A stretch of DNA of 64,000 bases from positions 24,487-88,486 of the forward strand of contig DJPI01000010.1 of the NCBI GenBank assembly GCA_002438505.1. Direction: 5' to 3'. The position numbers were made by a program, and so were the translations under genes. Source of the DNA: Ruminococcaceae bacterium UBA6416 (GTDB taxonomy: Bacteria; Bacillota; Clostridia; Oscillospirales; Acutalibacteraceae). Positions 37,033 through 46,016 of the stretch are shown here, piece after piece (position 1 is the stretch's first letter; every line of letters starts with the position of its first letter). The notes below the pieces were generated by a model. That model saw only the letters and a program-made list of their open reading frames with translations. It made no database searches and was not told where the DNA came from.

Positions 37033-37263
37033 TCAAGCGGTTTTCAAAAATTTATTCGGACATTCTTTTTTAATTTCAAGAATGTCTTTTGGAATCTCAC
37101 TTTCCGCCATATTGAGCGGATAAGAGCAGGTGCCACCCTTTTTTGCCGTTTCATAAAACCAATGCTTATAATTGAGAGTGTCAAGTGTTTTTTTGAGCTG
37201 TTCAATCTGTTCAAGAACGTCAAACATTGGCACGGCGCAAAAAAGGACAGTTGGTTTTCTCAC
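37033..37263 (-). pseudogene. Probable MerR-family regulator remnant (C-terminal coiled-coil/effector part only)
   Basis: LEQIEQLKKTLDTLNYKHWFYETAKKGGTC...EIPKDILEIKKE resembles the C-terminus of clostridial MerR proteins, recalled from memory. No HTH can be encoded in the 95 nt upstream. Confidence 0.4.
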
Positions 37264-37358
37264 ATAGCTTTTGAAATTCCGGGCACCGATTGCAGCACAG
37301 AATGGTGCGAAGAAGTGTCCGACAGTGAATATGACTTGCTTTAAGGAGGTTTTATAAA

Positions 37359-37685
37359 ATGAAAAAGGTTACGGCAGGCCACGATGCTTTGGGAAGCTTT
37401 GCTCCAAAGTTTGCTGAACTTAATGACGATGTGCTTTTTGGCGAGGTTTGGTCAAGGGAGGACAAGCTTTCTCCGCGCGACAGAAGCCTTATCACGGTTG
37501 CGGCGCTGATGTCCGCCGGAATTCTTGACGGCTCACTTAAGTATCACATTTCACACGCAAAGGAAAACGGCGTAACAAAACAGGAAATGGCTGAGGCACT
37601 CACTCACCTTGCTTTTTATGCAGGCTGGCCAAAGGCGTGGGCGGCGTTCAATATGGCGAAAGAAATATATGAAGCTGATGAATAA
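37359..37685 (+). CDS. Carboxymuconolactone decarboxylase (AhpD-like) family protein
   Basis: 108 aa. LSPRDRSLITVAALMSAG...EMAEALTHLAFYAGWPKA is typical of the CMD family. Confidence 0.8.
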   Translation: MKKVTAGHDALGSFAPKFAELNDDVLFGEVWSREDKLSPRDRSLITVAALMSAGILDGSLKYHISHAKENGVTKQEMAEALTHLAFYAGWPKAWAAFNMAKEIYEADE

Positions 37686-37751
37686 ATGCAGACTTACTCA
37701 CAATATTGTTTGACGCTTTAAAAATATTTTTGTGCAATTTTTATTAATTAG

Positions 37752-37780
37752 TTGACAGAACAGAAATAATACGCTATAAT
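37752..37780 (+). promoter_or_regulatory. Perfect-consensus sigma-A promoter
   Basis: TTGACA, 17-nt spacer, TATAAT. Confidence 0.65.
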
Positions 37781-37792
37781 TGAATAAATCGA

Positions 37793-37834
37793 CCGCTGAT
37801 TAATCTTAATTAAAAATTAGTCAGCGGTTTTTTT
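37793..37834 (+). terminator. Promoter-proximal intrinsic terminator in the leader of the 37878 gene
   Basis: 12-bp stem ccgctgattaat / attagtcagcgg (one G-U pair), 11-nt loop, T7 run. It starts ~12 nt after the -10 box. Confidence 0.65.
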
Positions 37835-37877
37835 AAAAAAACGCGGCTTTAAAAGGCTGTTAAGGAGGAAATTTTGC

Positions 37878-39845
37878 ATGAAGAAAACAACAAAAAAACT
37901 CGTTTCTCTTTTCCTTGCGGTGCTTATGCTGATGTCGTGCTTCGGCGCATCGGCTGCGGCGCAGGAAATTGAAACAACCCTTCCGGTTGTTGAGCTTGAA
38001 GGGACCGAAATGAAGCTCGGTGAGAAGTATCCGATTGACATTGATGACTTCTTAGGAAAGTTTATTCCGGAAAAAAGCGGCCTTTATGAGGTTTATGCTT
38101 TTAACGCCGGTCTGAATGCCTATAACAGCAGCGGCTGGTTTGAGGGTGAAACCGAAACTGGAAGCATACTCAAGGACGATGTGCTGTTCTATTGCGAAAA
38201 ACAATTCCTTGAGCTTGAAAAAGGAAAGACCTATGCTTTTTCCTGTTATAGCTTGGAGGAAGATTATGATGCGTACGTGACGGTAAATTTCGTTTGCGCT
38301 CATGAAAATCAGGAAGAAAAGGCTGCCGTTGAGGTGACCTGCGGTATCGGTTACACCGCAGGCGTATATTGCAATGACTGCAAAAGGTGGTTGAGCGGCC
38401 ATACGGCTGTTTTTAAACCGCATACCGATAAAAACGGCGACCATATCTGTGATGTTTGCAAGAAGGAAAGCCTCGACTCATACGGTGATATTGTTGACAG
38501 AAACGGCAAAAAGAACGCAAGCTATAAGCTTTTCTCAGACGGAGAGCTTGTTGTTTCCGGCACCGGTGAGGTGAAATGGTTCAGCGTTTATGCTCTTGAT
38601 AACGAGGATATCTGCCTGAATGAAAAGGTCAAAAAAATCATTGTTGAAGAGGGCATAACATCTCTTGGCTATAAAGCTTTTTACGACTTTAAATTTGTTG
38701 AATCCGTCTCGCTTCCGGAAAGTCTTGAAGCCATTGAAGAGCCGGGTCGGCTCATTGACAGCTCAGCCTTCAAAAAATTTGAGGTTTCGCCGAAGAATAA
38801 AGCATTCAGTGCCAAAGACGGCGTGCTTTTCAGCAAGGACAAAAAGGTTCTTCTTGCCTATCCCGGCGGAAAGACCGAAAAAAGCTACACCGTTCCTCAG
38901 GAAGTTGAACGCATTGGAGAACGCGCGTTCCGCTATGCCTCTGACCTTGAAGCATTGAATCTTCCGGAGAGTCTGCGCTTTGTTGGCAGTTTGGCATTCC
39001 CGGAGCATATGGAAAAAACCGAGGGCTGCGTGAAGTATGTCGGCTCTGTTGCAGTTGGAACGCAAGAAACCGATGAAGGAGAACTTCCGAGCGTTATCAG
39101 AGTCAGAAAGGGCACAAAAATTCTTGCCGAATATGCTTTTGAGGATGCTGATGTTAGAGGTATTGCTCTTCCGGAAGGACTCATTTCAATCTCTAACGGT
39201 GCTTTTGAAACCTTGGGAGTAAGCAGCATTATTCTTCCGCAGACCGTGAAGTATATTGAGGACGGCGCTTTTTCCCAGTGCTACATTAACAACCTCGTTG
39301 TTCCGGCATCGGTTGAATATTTTGGAGATAACGGCTTCAAAAATCTTGAAGCGATAGCTTTCCTTAACTCGAACTGCAAAATCGGAGCATTGTACAACGG
39401 TTATGCCTTCATTGAGGACGGTTCTTTCCCGGTTGAGCTTATTGCAGGCTTCAGCGGCTCAACGGCTGAAAAGAGTGCAAAGGAAAACGGCGCAATGTTT
39501 GCTGCTCTTGATGAGGGTCATGAACACGTCTATTTCTGCACGGCATATGATTACGAAACCTGCACAAAGGACGGAAAGGTTGTCTATTCCTGCCCCTGCG
39601 GAAAGAGCGCACCTATGGAGGAAATTATCCCTGCCTCACATTCATGGGACGAGGAAAGCGTTGACGCGGTAAGCGGAAAGGCTCATTATGTTTGTGTTGA
39701 TTGCGGCGCAGAAAAGGATGTGCAGTGCTCCTGCATCTGCCATAAAGGCGGAATTTATAAATTCTTCTATAAGTTTGTCAGCATTTTCTGGAGGCTGTTC
39801 AAGATAAAACAATGCTGCGATTGCGGCATGATTTTGCATTATTAA
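37878..39845 (+). CDS. Secreted BspA-type leucine-rich-repeat protein with CCCH modules and the Cys/His plus aromatic-helix C-terminal tail
   Basis: Signal peptide. LRR_5-like repeats (ITSLGYKAF, VERIGERAF..LNLPESL, ISISNGAF, IEDGAF). C-x-C modules. The tail is CSCICHKGGIYKFFYKFVSIFWRLFKIKQCCDCGMILHY. Confidence 0.65.
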   Translation: MKKTTKKLVSLFLAVLMLMSCFGASAAAQEIETTLPVVELEGTEMKLGEKYPIDIDDFLGKFIPEKSGLYEVYAFNAGLNAYNSSGWFEGETETGSILKDDVLFYCEKQFLELEKGKTYAFSCYSLEEDYDAYVTVNFVCAHENQEEKAAVEVTCGIGYTAGVYCNDCKRWLSGHTAVFKPHTDKNGDHICDVCKKESLDSYGDIVDRNGKKNASYKLFSDGELVVSGTGEVKWFSVYALDNEDICLNEKVKKIIVEEGITSLGYKAFYDFKFVESVSLPESLEAIEEPGRLIDSSAFKKFEVSPKNKAFSAKDGVLFSKDKKVLLAYPGGKTEKSYTVPQEVERIGERAFRYASDLEALNLPESLRFVGSLAFPEHMEKTEGCVKYVGSVAVGTQETDEGELPSVIRVRKGTKILAEYAFEDADVRGIALPEGLISISNGAFETLGVSSIILPQTVKYIEDGAFSQCYINNLVVPASVEYFGDNGFKNLEAIAFLNSNCKIGALYNGYAFIEDGSFPVELIAGFSGSTAEKSAKENGAMFAALDEGHEHVYFCTAYDYETCTKDGKVVYSCPCGKSAPMEEIIPASHSWDEESVDAVSGKAHYVCVDCGAEKDVQCSCICHKGGIYKFFYKFVSIFWRLFKIKQCCDCGMILHY

Positions 39846-39866
39846 AAACGGAAAGGGGAAAAAGCA

Positions 39867-41495
39867 ATGAAAAAGTTTAAAAGTGCTCTTGCGTTGCTTC
39901 TTTGCGCGCTGATGCTTCTGCCGACTCTTTCTGCCGGTTTGGCTTTTGCGGTGGGGGATGTCTATCCCGAAAGTGAGCATTATTACAGCAACAATTATTA
40001 CAACGAGTGGGTATATACATATCCGAAAGAGGCTGAGGGTCTTTTTGTAACATTTTCAAAAAAGACAAAGACCGAACGCGCGGACAATTTTTACGGCATC
40101 AGCTTTAAAAGCGATGAAGGAATCAGCCTTGGGGATGTTACAGATCTTTGGCAAACTAGGAAAATTGGCGACTATATCTCAATTTTTGATAAGAACAACA
40201 ATCTTATCGATGTCTATCAAGGTGACGAGCTTTCCGGTGAGACTGTGTACATTCCCGGAAACACTTTTAAAATTTCCCTGACAACGGACTCGTCCGTAAC
40301 CGCATACGGCTTTTCAATCGACAGAATTTCAGATACTGTTCCGGAAGATACCGTTGGTGTGCTTTATGACTTTGGAAACGGTGAGATTAAAACCGATATC
40401 TTTGACTTTGACTATCTGGAAAAATATTACACGCGCTATGATGAGGAAAGTGAAGATTGGATTCTTACCGCGCCTTTGAGCCCGTACTGGTGTGGATACA
40501 CAACAGATTCCGGCGCCGTAATCGGCTGGGAAGCGGAGGATAAAACAGTTTATTCCTATGCTGTTGAGGGCGGTGCTTACAGTATTCATGCGGAGGAAAA
40601 AGTTTTCCCGGTTGACAGTGAAAAAGGCGGAATTTATCGCTTCACCGCGGTCAAAACTCCTGTTATGCTTCAAAAAGAAGATGTCTATAGCTTCACAAAC
40701 AGCTCTGAATATTTTTCTGTTGACGGCAACGGCGGCTATTACATGACCAAGGAAAGCTATCTGCGCCTTGTTGCGAGCGCCTGCATCATTCACTCGGTCG
40801 GCCCGCTTGCGCTCCCGGCTTCGGTTCTTTCAACCGTTTTGATAGGTTATCCGCAAATGCAGTGGAACGGTTCTTGCATCGGCTTCACATCAACCGTCTG
40901 TCTCCAGAAGAAAGGCATTCTTGACGTTGTTAAAACCGTAAATCAGGACGGTGCAAAATGTATCAATGACTTAAAGCCGACAAAGGAGCTTATCAATCTG
41001 ATAAACTACTATAACGGCCAAGCCTCGCTTACAACGGTCACCAAGAACAAAGCGAACAGAAAAACTCCGAAGGAATTTTCAAGACAGCTTAAAAAGATGT
41101 TTGAAAGCGTTTGCGCCGGAAATCTTGTTCTCATGGAATTTATGCAGCTTGGCGGCAATGAAGGTCTTTATCACGGCTTTGCTCTCACCGGCGGTTACAC
41201 CGATGAAAACGGAAATCACGTTTTGTTCTATTATGATGACAACGATCAAGAATACGGCAGTGAGGGAATATGCTCCGTCTGCTATATTGCTCCGGACTTT
41301 TCGGAGATTTATACCGGAGATTACGGTGCGCTTGAAACAATTCTCTGGACGGATGAGTTTGAGGGATACAAGTCTATCGATATAAACTCAAAGAGCATTA
41401 ATCCGTCTTATTATTGGAAAGAATATATCAAGCACATTGTTGAAATTTTCAAAGAGTGGCTTGAGTTCTATCTCTTTGGTGCACTTAAAAAGTAA
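39867..41495 (+). CDS. Secreted protein: CUB-like beta-sandwich plus possible papain-like cysteine peptidase domain
   Basis: Signal peptide. ESEHYYSNNYYNEWVY...DYISIFD...GNTFKISLTTDSSVTAYGFSIDRI is the CUB-like pattern. Candidate Q/C/H residues lie in QMQWNGSCIGF and GLYHGFALTGG. Starts 22 nt after the 37878 gene. Confidence 0.45.
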   Translation: MKKFKSALALLLCALMLLPTLSAGLAFAVGDVYPESEHYYSNNYYNEWVYTYPKEAEGLFVTFSKKTKTERADNFYGISFKSDEGISLGDVTDLWQTRKIGDYISIFDKNNNLIDVYQGDELSGETVYIPGNTFKISLTTDSSVTAYGFSIDRISDTVPEDTVGVLYDFGNGEIKTDIFDFDYLEKYYTRYDEESEDWILTAPLSPYWCGYTTDSGAVIGWEAEDKTVYSYAVEGGAYSIHAEEKVFPVDSEKGGIYRFTAVKTPVMLQKEDVYSFTNSSEYFSVDGNGGYYMTKESYLRLVASACIIHSVGPLALPASVLSTVLIGYPQMQWNGSCIGFTSTVCLQKKGILDVVKTVNQDGAKCINDLKPTKELINLINYYNGQASLTTVTKNKANRKTPKEFSRQLKKMFESVCAGNLVLMEFMQLGGNEGLYHGFALTGGYTDENGNHVLFYYDDNDQEYGSEGICSVCYIAPDFSEIYTGDYGALETILWTDEFEGYKSIDINSKSINPSYYWKEYIKHIVEIFKEWLEFYLFGALKK

Positions 41496-41504
41496 AAAAT
41501 AAGA

Positions 41505-41550
41505 ACGGCCGGAATTTTCAGCAGTTACTGCAAATTCCGGCCGTTTTTTT
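41505..41550. terminator. Bidirectional terminator (convergent with serA)
   Basis: aacggccggaattt ... aaattccggccgtt stem flanked by A6 and T7. Confidence 0.7.
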
Positions 41551-41560
41551 AAATTGCTTG

Positions 41561-42733
41561 TTAATCCATGATGACTCTGACTCTGATAATGCCGTCAATG
41601 CTTGAAAAAAGCTTTTCAAAGTCGGTGTCCTTTTCGCCGAGGCTGATGTCAACAATGGTATATGCCATGTCCTTCTTGGCCTTGTTCAAAAGGTTTTCAA
41701 TGTTATATCCCTCGTTTGCAACGGCCGATGAAATGTTTGCAATCATGTTTGGAATATTTTTATGGATGATGCAAAGGCGGCAGTTTGTTTCGCGCACGGT
41801 GGAAACATTCGGAAAGTTAACTGAGTTTCTGATGTTTCCGTTTTCAAGGAAGTCAAGAAGTTCGTCTGCCGCGCTGACTGCACAGTTTTCCTCCGACTCC
41901 GGCGTTGAGGCGCCGAGGTGAGGAATTGCAATAACGCTTTTCTGTCCGATAAGCTGCGCACTCGGAAAGTCTGTGACATATGAAGAAACTTTTCCGTCTT
42001 CAAGCGCTTCAAGAATGTCTCTGTCATTCACAAGGCCGCCGCGAGAGAAGTTCATGATTCTCACTCCGTCTTTCATCATTGAAAGCGCGTTCTTGTTAAT
42101 CATGTTCCTTGTTGAATCAAGCAGAGGAACGTGAATTGTGATGTAATCGCAGGAGGAGAAAATCTCCTTAAGACTTTGCGCGTGTCTGATTGAGCGCGAA
42201 AGGTGCCATGCGGATTCAACGGAAAGGAACGGATCATAACCGAGAACATCCATGCGAAGCTGTTTTGCCGCGTTTGCAACAAGAACGCCTATCGCGCCGA
42301 GGCCGATAACGCCGAGCGTTTTTCCCTGAAGCTCGGGGCCGGCAAAGTTGCTTTTTCCTTTTTCAATGAGCTTTGAAAGCTCCGGTTCGTCCTTAACGGT
42401 CTCCACCCATTCGATTGCGTCAACAATTTTTCTTGATGAAAGGAGGAGGCCTGCAAGAACAAGCTCCTTAACGGCGTTTGAATTGGCGCCGGGGGTGTTG
42501 AAAACAACAATGCCCTTTTCGCTGCAAAAATCAACCGGAATGTTATTGACCCCGGCTCCGGCTCTTGCAACGGCCTTGACGGAGGCCGGAAACGGAAATT
42601 CATGCATATCAGCCGAGCGGACAAGAACCGCGTCAGGGTCTTTCACAGAATCGCCGCAGGTATAACCCCTTTTTTCAAGGTGGCAGAGTCCGGCTTCAGA
42701 AATTTTGTTGAGAGTCAAAATATTCCTGCTCAT
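41561..42733 (-). CDS. serA: D-3-phosphoglycerate dehydrogenase (with C-terminal ACT domain)
   Basis: 2-hydroxyacid dehydrogenase NAD motif GVIGLGAIG. 390 aa. Overlaps serC by 4 nt. Confidence 0.88.
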   Translation of the reverse strand: MSRNILTLNKISEAGLCHLEKRGYTCGDSVKDPDAVLVRSADMHEFPFPASVKAVARAGAGVNNIPVDFCSEKGIVVFNTPGANSNAVKELVLAGLLLSSRKIVDAIEWVETVKDEPELSKLIEKGKSNFAGPELQGKTLGVIGLGAIGVLVANAAKQLRMDVLGYDPFLSVESAWHLSRSIRHAQSLKEIFSSCDYITIHVPLLDSTRNMINKNALSMMKDGVRIMNFSRGGLVNDRDILEALEDGKVSSYVTDFPSAQLIGQKSVIAIPHLGASTPESEENCAVSAADELLDFLENGNIRNSVNFPNVSTVRETNCRLCIIHKNIPNMIANISSAVANEGYNIENLLNKAKKDMAYTIVDISLGEKDTDFEKLFSSIDGIIRVRVIMD

Positions 42734-43815
42734 GCGTTTTCCTCCTCAAATTTTTTCATGAAGGCAACAAGCTTTTCAACGCCCTCAAGCGGCATTCCGT
42801 TGTATACGGAAGCTCTCATTCCGCCAACGGTGCGGTGGCCTTTGATGTTGACAAAGCCGTTTTCAGCGGCCTGCTTCACAAACAGCGCGTCAAGGTCTGC
42901 GTTTCCGGTGACAAACGGAATGTTCATCAGTGAGCGATCCTCTTTTGCGGTGGTACCTTTGAAAAGCTTTGAGGAATCAAGGAAGTCATAGATGAGTCTT
43001 GCTTTTTGTTCGTTGAGTTTTTTCATGCTTTCAAGGCCGCCGATTTCGTTCTTGAGCCATTCAAACATGAGCTTGCACATATAAATTCCGTAGCAGGGCG
43101 GAGTGTTATAGAGCGACTTGTTTTCCGCATGAATTTTATATTTGAACATTGTTGGTGTGATATCCATCGGTTCGCCGATCAAATCCTCGCGGATGATGAC
43201 AACCGTCACTCCGGCAGGACCCATGTTCTTTTGCGCACCGGCAAAAAGCAGGCCGAATTTTGAAACGTCAATCGGCTGTGAAAGAATGAAGGAGGAGATA
43301 TCGGCAACAAGGGGAACCGAACCTGTGTCCGGAAGGGAGGGAAACTTTGTTCCGTAAATTGTGTTGTTGAGGCAGATGTAAACATAGTCCGCATCACTGT
43401 CAAACATTGATTTGTCCGTTTTCGGAATATATGAATAGGTTTTGTCCTCAGAGGAGGCAACAATTCTTGCTTCTCCGTATCGCGCAGCCTCCTGAAAAGC
43501 CTTTTTTGCCCACTGTCCGGTTATGATGAAATCGGCCTTTTTGCTTTTGGTCATCAGGTTCATCGGTATCATTGAAAACTGCGAGGAGCCGCCGCCCTGG
43601 AGAAAAAGAACTTTATAATTATCGGGAATATTCATCAATCCTCTCAAAAGGCTTTCCGCTTTGTCAATTATCGACTGGAAAACCTTTGAACGGTGAGACA
43701 TCTCCATAACCGACTGACCGCTGCCTTCATAATCAAGCATTTCGCTTGCTGCTTTTCTGAGTACGGCTTCGGGCATCATTGACGGACCGGCCGAAAAATT
43801 GAATACTCGTGACAC
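42730..43815 (-). CDS. serC: Phosphoserine aminotransferase
   Basis: GTG start. MSRVFNFSAGPSMMPEAVL and the AGAQKNMGPAGVT PLP-lysine region are canonical for SerC. Confidence 0.92.
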   Translation of the reverse strand: MSRVFNFSAGPSMMPEAVLRKAASEMLDYEGSGQSVMEMSHRSKVFQSIIDKAESLLRGLMNIPDNYKVLFLQGGGSSQFSMIPMNLMTKSKKADFIITGQWAKKAFQEAARYGEARIVASSEDKTYSYIPKTDKSMFDSDADYVYICLNNTIYGTKFPSLPDTGSVPLVADISSFILSQPIDVSKFGLLFAGAQKNMGPAGVTVVIIREDLIGEPMDITPTMFKYKIHAENKSLYNTPPCYGIYMCKLMFEWLKNEIGGLESMKKLNEQKARLIYDFLDSSKLFKGTTAKEDRSLMNIPFVTGNADLDALFVKQAAENGFVNIKGHRTVGGMRASVYNGMPLEGVEKLVAFMKKFEEENA

Positions 43816-43830
43816 TTTGAAACACCTCTT

Positions 43831-43919
43831 GAAAAAAGATTATTCCACCGCAGAACCGGCCGGAGCCGTCAGGCGGTGTAATTGAAAAAAGTATACTACA
43901 TACTATGAAAGTGTGTCAA
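43831..43919 (-). promoter_or_regulatory. serCA promoter plus leader hairpin with T-run
   Basis: Minus strand: TTGACA, 18-nt spacer, TATACT (43919..43890). Then the caccgc...gcggtg hairpin (43878..43846), followed by aataatcTTTTTT. Confidence 0.45.
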
Positions 43920-44092
43920 TGTTGAAAACAACGGAAAGTTTTGATATTCGGCCACAATTTTTGTTATCGCGCACAAAAGCGTTCAAATAATGTGCAGGCG
44001 TTCGTTATATGAATAAATTGGGGTCTTTTCTTTTTTTTGAATGTGTGATAAAATAGCTGTGTGTTCAAAATTAACAATGGGAGGTTCTTGGA

Positions 44093-45685
44093 ATGAAAAG
44101 GATTGTTTCGCTTTTTGCCGCGCTGGTTTTGGTTCTTTCGGTCGGTTTGTGCACCGCTGCGCAGGCGGCAGAGGTTACATATTCGCTCACAACGGAGGAA
44201 CAGGACATCTTCCTCGGAAAAACCTATAAAAGAAAGATTAAAACAGTGCCGGCTGGTGCGAACACTTCTTCCGCCCTCTGGTTCAGCAGTGATGAAAGCG
44301 TTGCGTCCGTTGATCCGGACGGAACCGTTCGCGCCCGGTCGCAGGGCAATGCAACAATAATGGTTGAAATTGAAGGCTGCACTTTCAGCTATAAAGTCCG
44401 AGTTGTTGCGCCGTTTTTAAGCTGCCGAACCAAGTCGCTTTATCTCGGGCAGCAATATACACTTGAGGTTAACGGCGGAAGCGGAAAAACAACGTGGAAA
44501 TCAAGCAACAAAAAGGTTGCCTCTGTTAATAAAAAGGGCGTTATCACGGCGCGCAAGCCCGGAAAAGCAACTGTTACCGTAACAAGGAACGGCGTTTCAA
44601 TGCAGTGCAAGGTCACCGTTTTGAAGCCTGCGTTCAAAAAAACGTCTGTCAATCTTCAGGTTGGCGGAAAAACAAGGCTGCGCATTAACGGCGGAACTGA
44701 GAAGGCAAAATGGAAAAGCTCAAATCCTGCCGTTGTAACGGTTAATTCAAACGGAACGCTGCGCGGAAAAAAGATCGGCAAAGCAACTGTTACCGCAACG
44801 CTCAACGGTTACAAGCTCTCCTGCAAGGTCAATGTTTATACTCATATGCTCAGCCGTTCCTCACTCACGCTTGAGGCCGGTGATTCCCAAAAGCTCACCG
44901 TGACCGGCGGCAGCGGAAAGGTCACTTGGAAAAGCAGTAACCCGAAGATTGCAGCGGTGAACGCAAAAGGTGTTGTCACCGGAAAAAACGCCGGAACCGC
45001 AAAAATCACAGCAATCAAAAACGGTTTCAAGCTCAACTGCAAGGTTACGGTCAGAGTGACAAGCCTTTCCGCGCCCGCCGGTAAGGAGAACATTGTTGAA
45101 GCGTACTGCGAGGCTGTGAACAAGACGAAGGCGGCGAAGAAATTTAAGCTCACTGTTTCAAATGATCCGACATTCCACATAACAAGAGCGACCGACACAA
45201 AGAACAAAATTGTTTTCACTCTCATGCTTGAAATGTTTTTCAGGGATGCGGAAAACAGCTACACTTTCAAAGACGGACTCACCGAAAAGGGGAACAAGCC
45301 CACGGCGTTCATTCCACCGCTTTTCCAATCCTGCAGTCTTGACAGCGCCGGTGTTGCAAGTGCATCGGCCAAAAAGGACGGCAACGGTTACATTATTAAA
45401 ATGAAGCTGAACAAGGAGAAGGCGCATTTCAGCGGAACCGGAAGCAACACAAGTGTATACAACAAAGCCGTTTCAAAACCGCTGAATCTTTCGGTTTATC
45501 AGATTGCGGATGATGAGGATCTTGCTAAAATCACAATAACCTATACCGGAACCGAGGTCACCGCAAGAGTTGACAACCGCGGAAGGCTCACAAATCTGAC
45601 GGTCATTGCTCCGCAAACATTCAGAGCCGACACAAACTTCTCTGCTGATATTACAACAAGGGACTATTACGTTTTCAAGTATTAA
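44093..45685 (+). CDS. Secreted protein with ~5 bacterial Ig-like group 2 (Big_2) repeats and a C-terminal domain of unknown function
   Basis: Signal peptide. Repeated ...W.SSN..VA.V...G.V.....G.ATVT... units (5 copies). Confidence 0.7.
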   Translation: MKRIVSLFAALVLVLSVGLCTAAQAAEVTYSLTTEEQDIFLGKTYKRKIKTVPAGANTSSALWFSSDESVASVDPDGTVRARSQGNATIMVEIEGCTFSYKVRVVAPFLSCRTKSLYLGQQYTLEVNGGSGKTTWKSSNKKVASVNKKGVITARKPGKATVTVTRNGVSMQCKVTVLKPAFKKTSVNLQVGGKTRLRINGGTEKAKWKSSNPAVVTVNSNGTLRGKKIGKATVTATLNGYKLSCKVNVYTHMLSRSSLTLEAGDSQKLTVTGGSGKVTWKSSNPKIAAVNAKGVVTGKNAGTAKITAIKNGFKLNCKVTVRVTSLSAPAGKENIVEAYCEAVNKTKAAKKFKLTVSNDPTFHITRATDTKNKIVFTLMLEMFFRDAENSYTFKDGLTEKGNKPTAFIPPLFQSCSLDSAGVASASAKKDGNGYIIKMKLNKEKAHFSGTGSNTSVYNKAVSKPLNLSVYQIADDEDLAKITITYTGTEVTARVDNRGRLTNLTVIAPQTFRADTNFSADITTRDYYVFKY

Positions 45686-45811
45686 GCAGTCGCTACTGGC
45701 GATGAGGTTTCTCATCGGATTATAGCTGACAACGCATTGCTTGCTGCGTGAGGCGGCGGAAAATATACCGTCGGGATTTGCGCTCCCATCCAGTTATTGC
45801 TACCTAATATT

Positions 45812-45846
45812 AAAGGCTGTTCCGGATTGTTTTGGAACAGCCTTTT
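45812..45846 (+). terminator. Intrinsic terminator
   Basis: aaaggctgttcc ... ggaacagcctttt. Lies about 125 nt after the stop codon. Confidence 0.7.
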
Positions 45847-46016
45847 ACTTTTGTTCCATTGGCTTGACAAATTCCGCCAATGCGGTATAATATACTTTCA
45901 GGAGACAGGAAAAATTCAACCGGTGCCGGATGATGCGGACAAAATCTTATTCTTTGTATATTTCAGCCGGCTTCGGTGTCAGAATAACATATAAAACGAA
46001 AGGAAGTTTTTAATAT

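Noticed and set aside
36829-37344. 171-aa plus-strand ORF after the HAD gene.
   Set aside because: It reads through the HAD terminator and is antisense to the two MerR-like remnants. It has no RBS and no recognisable motifs.
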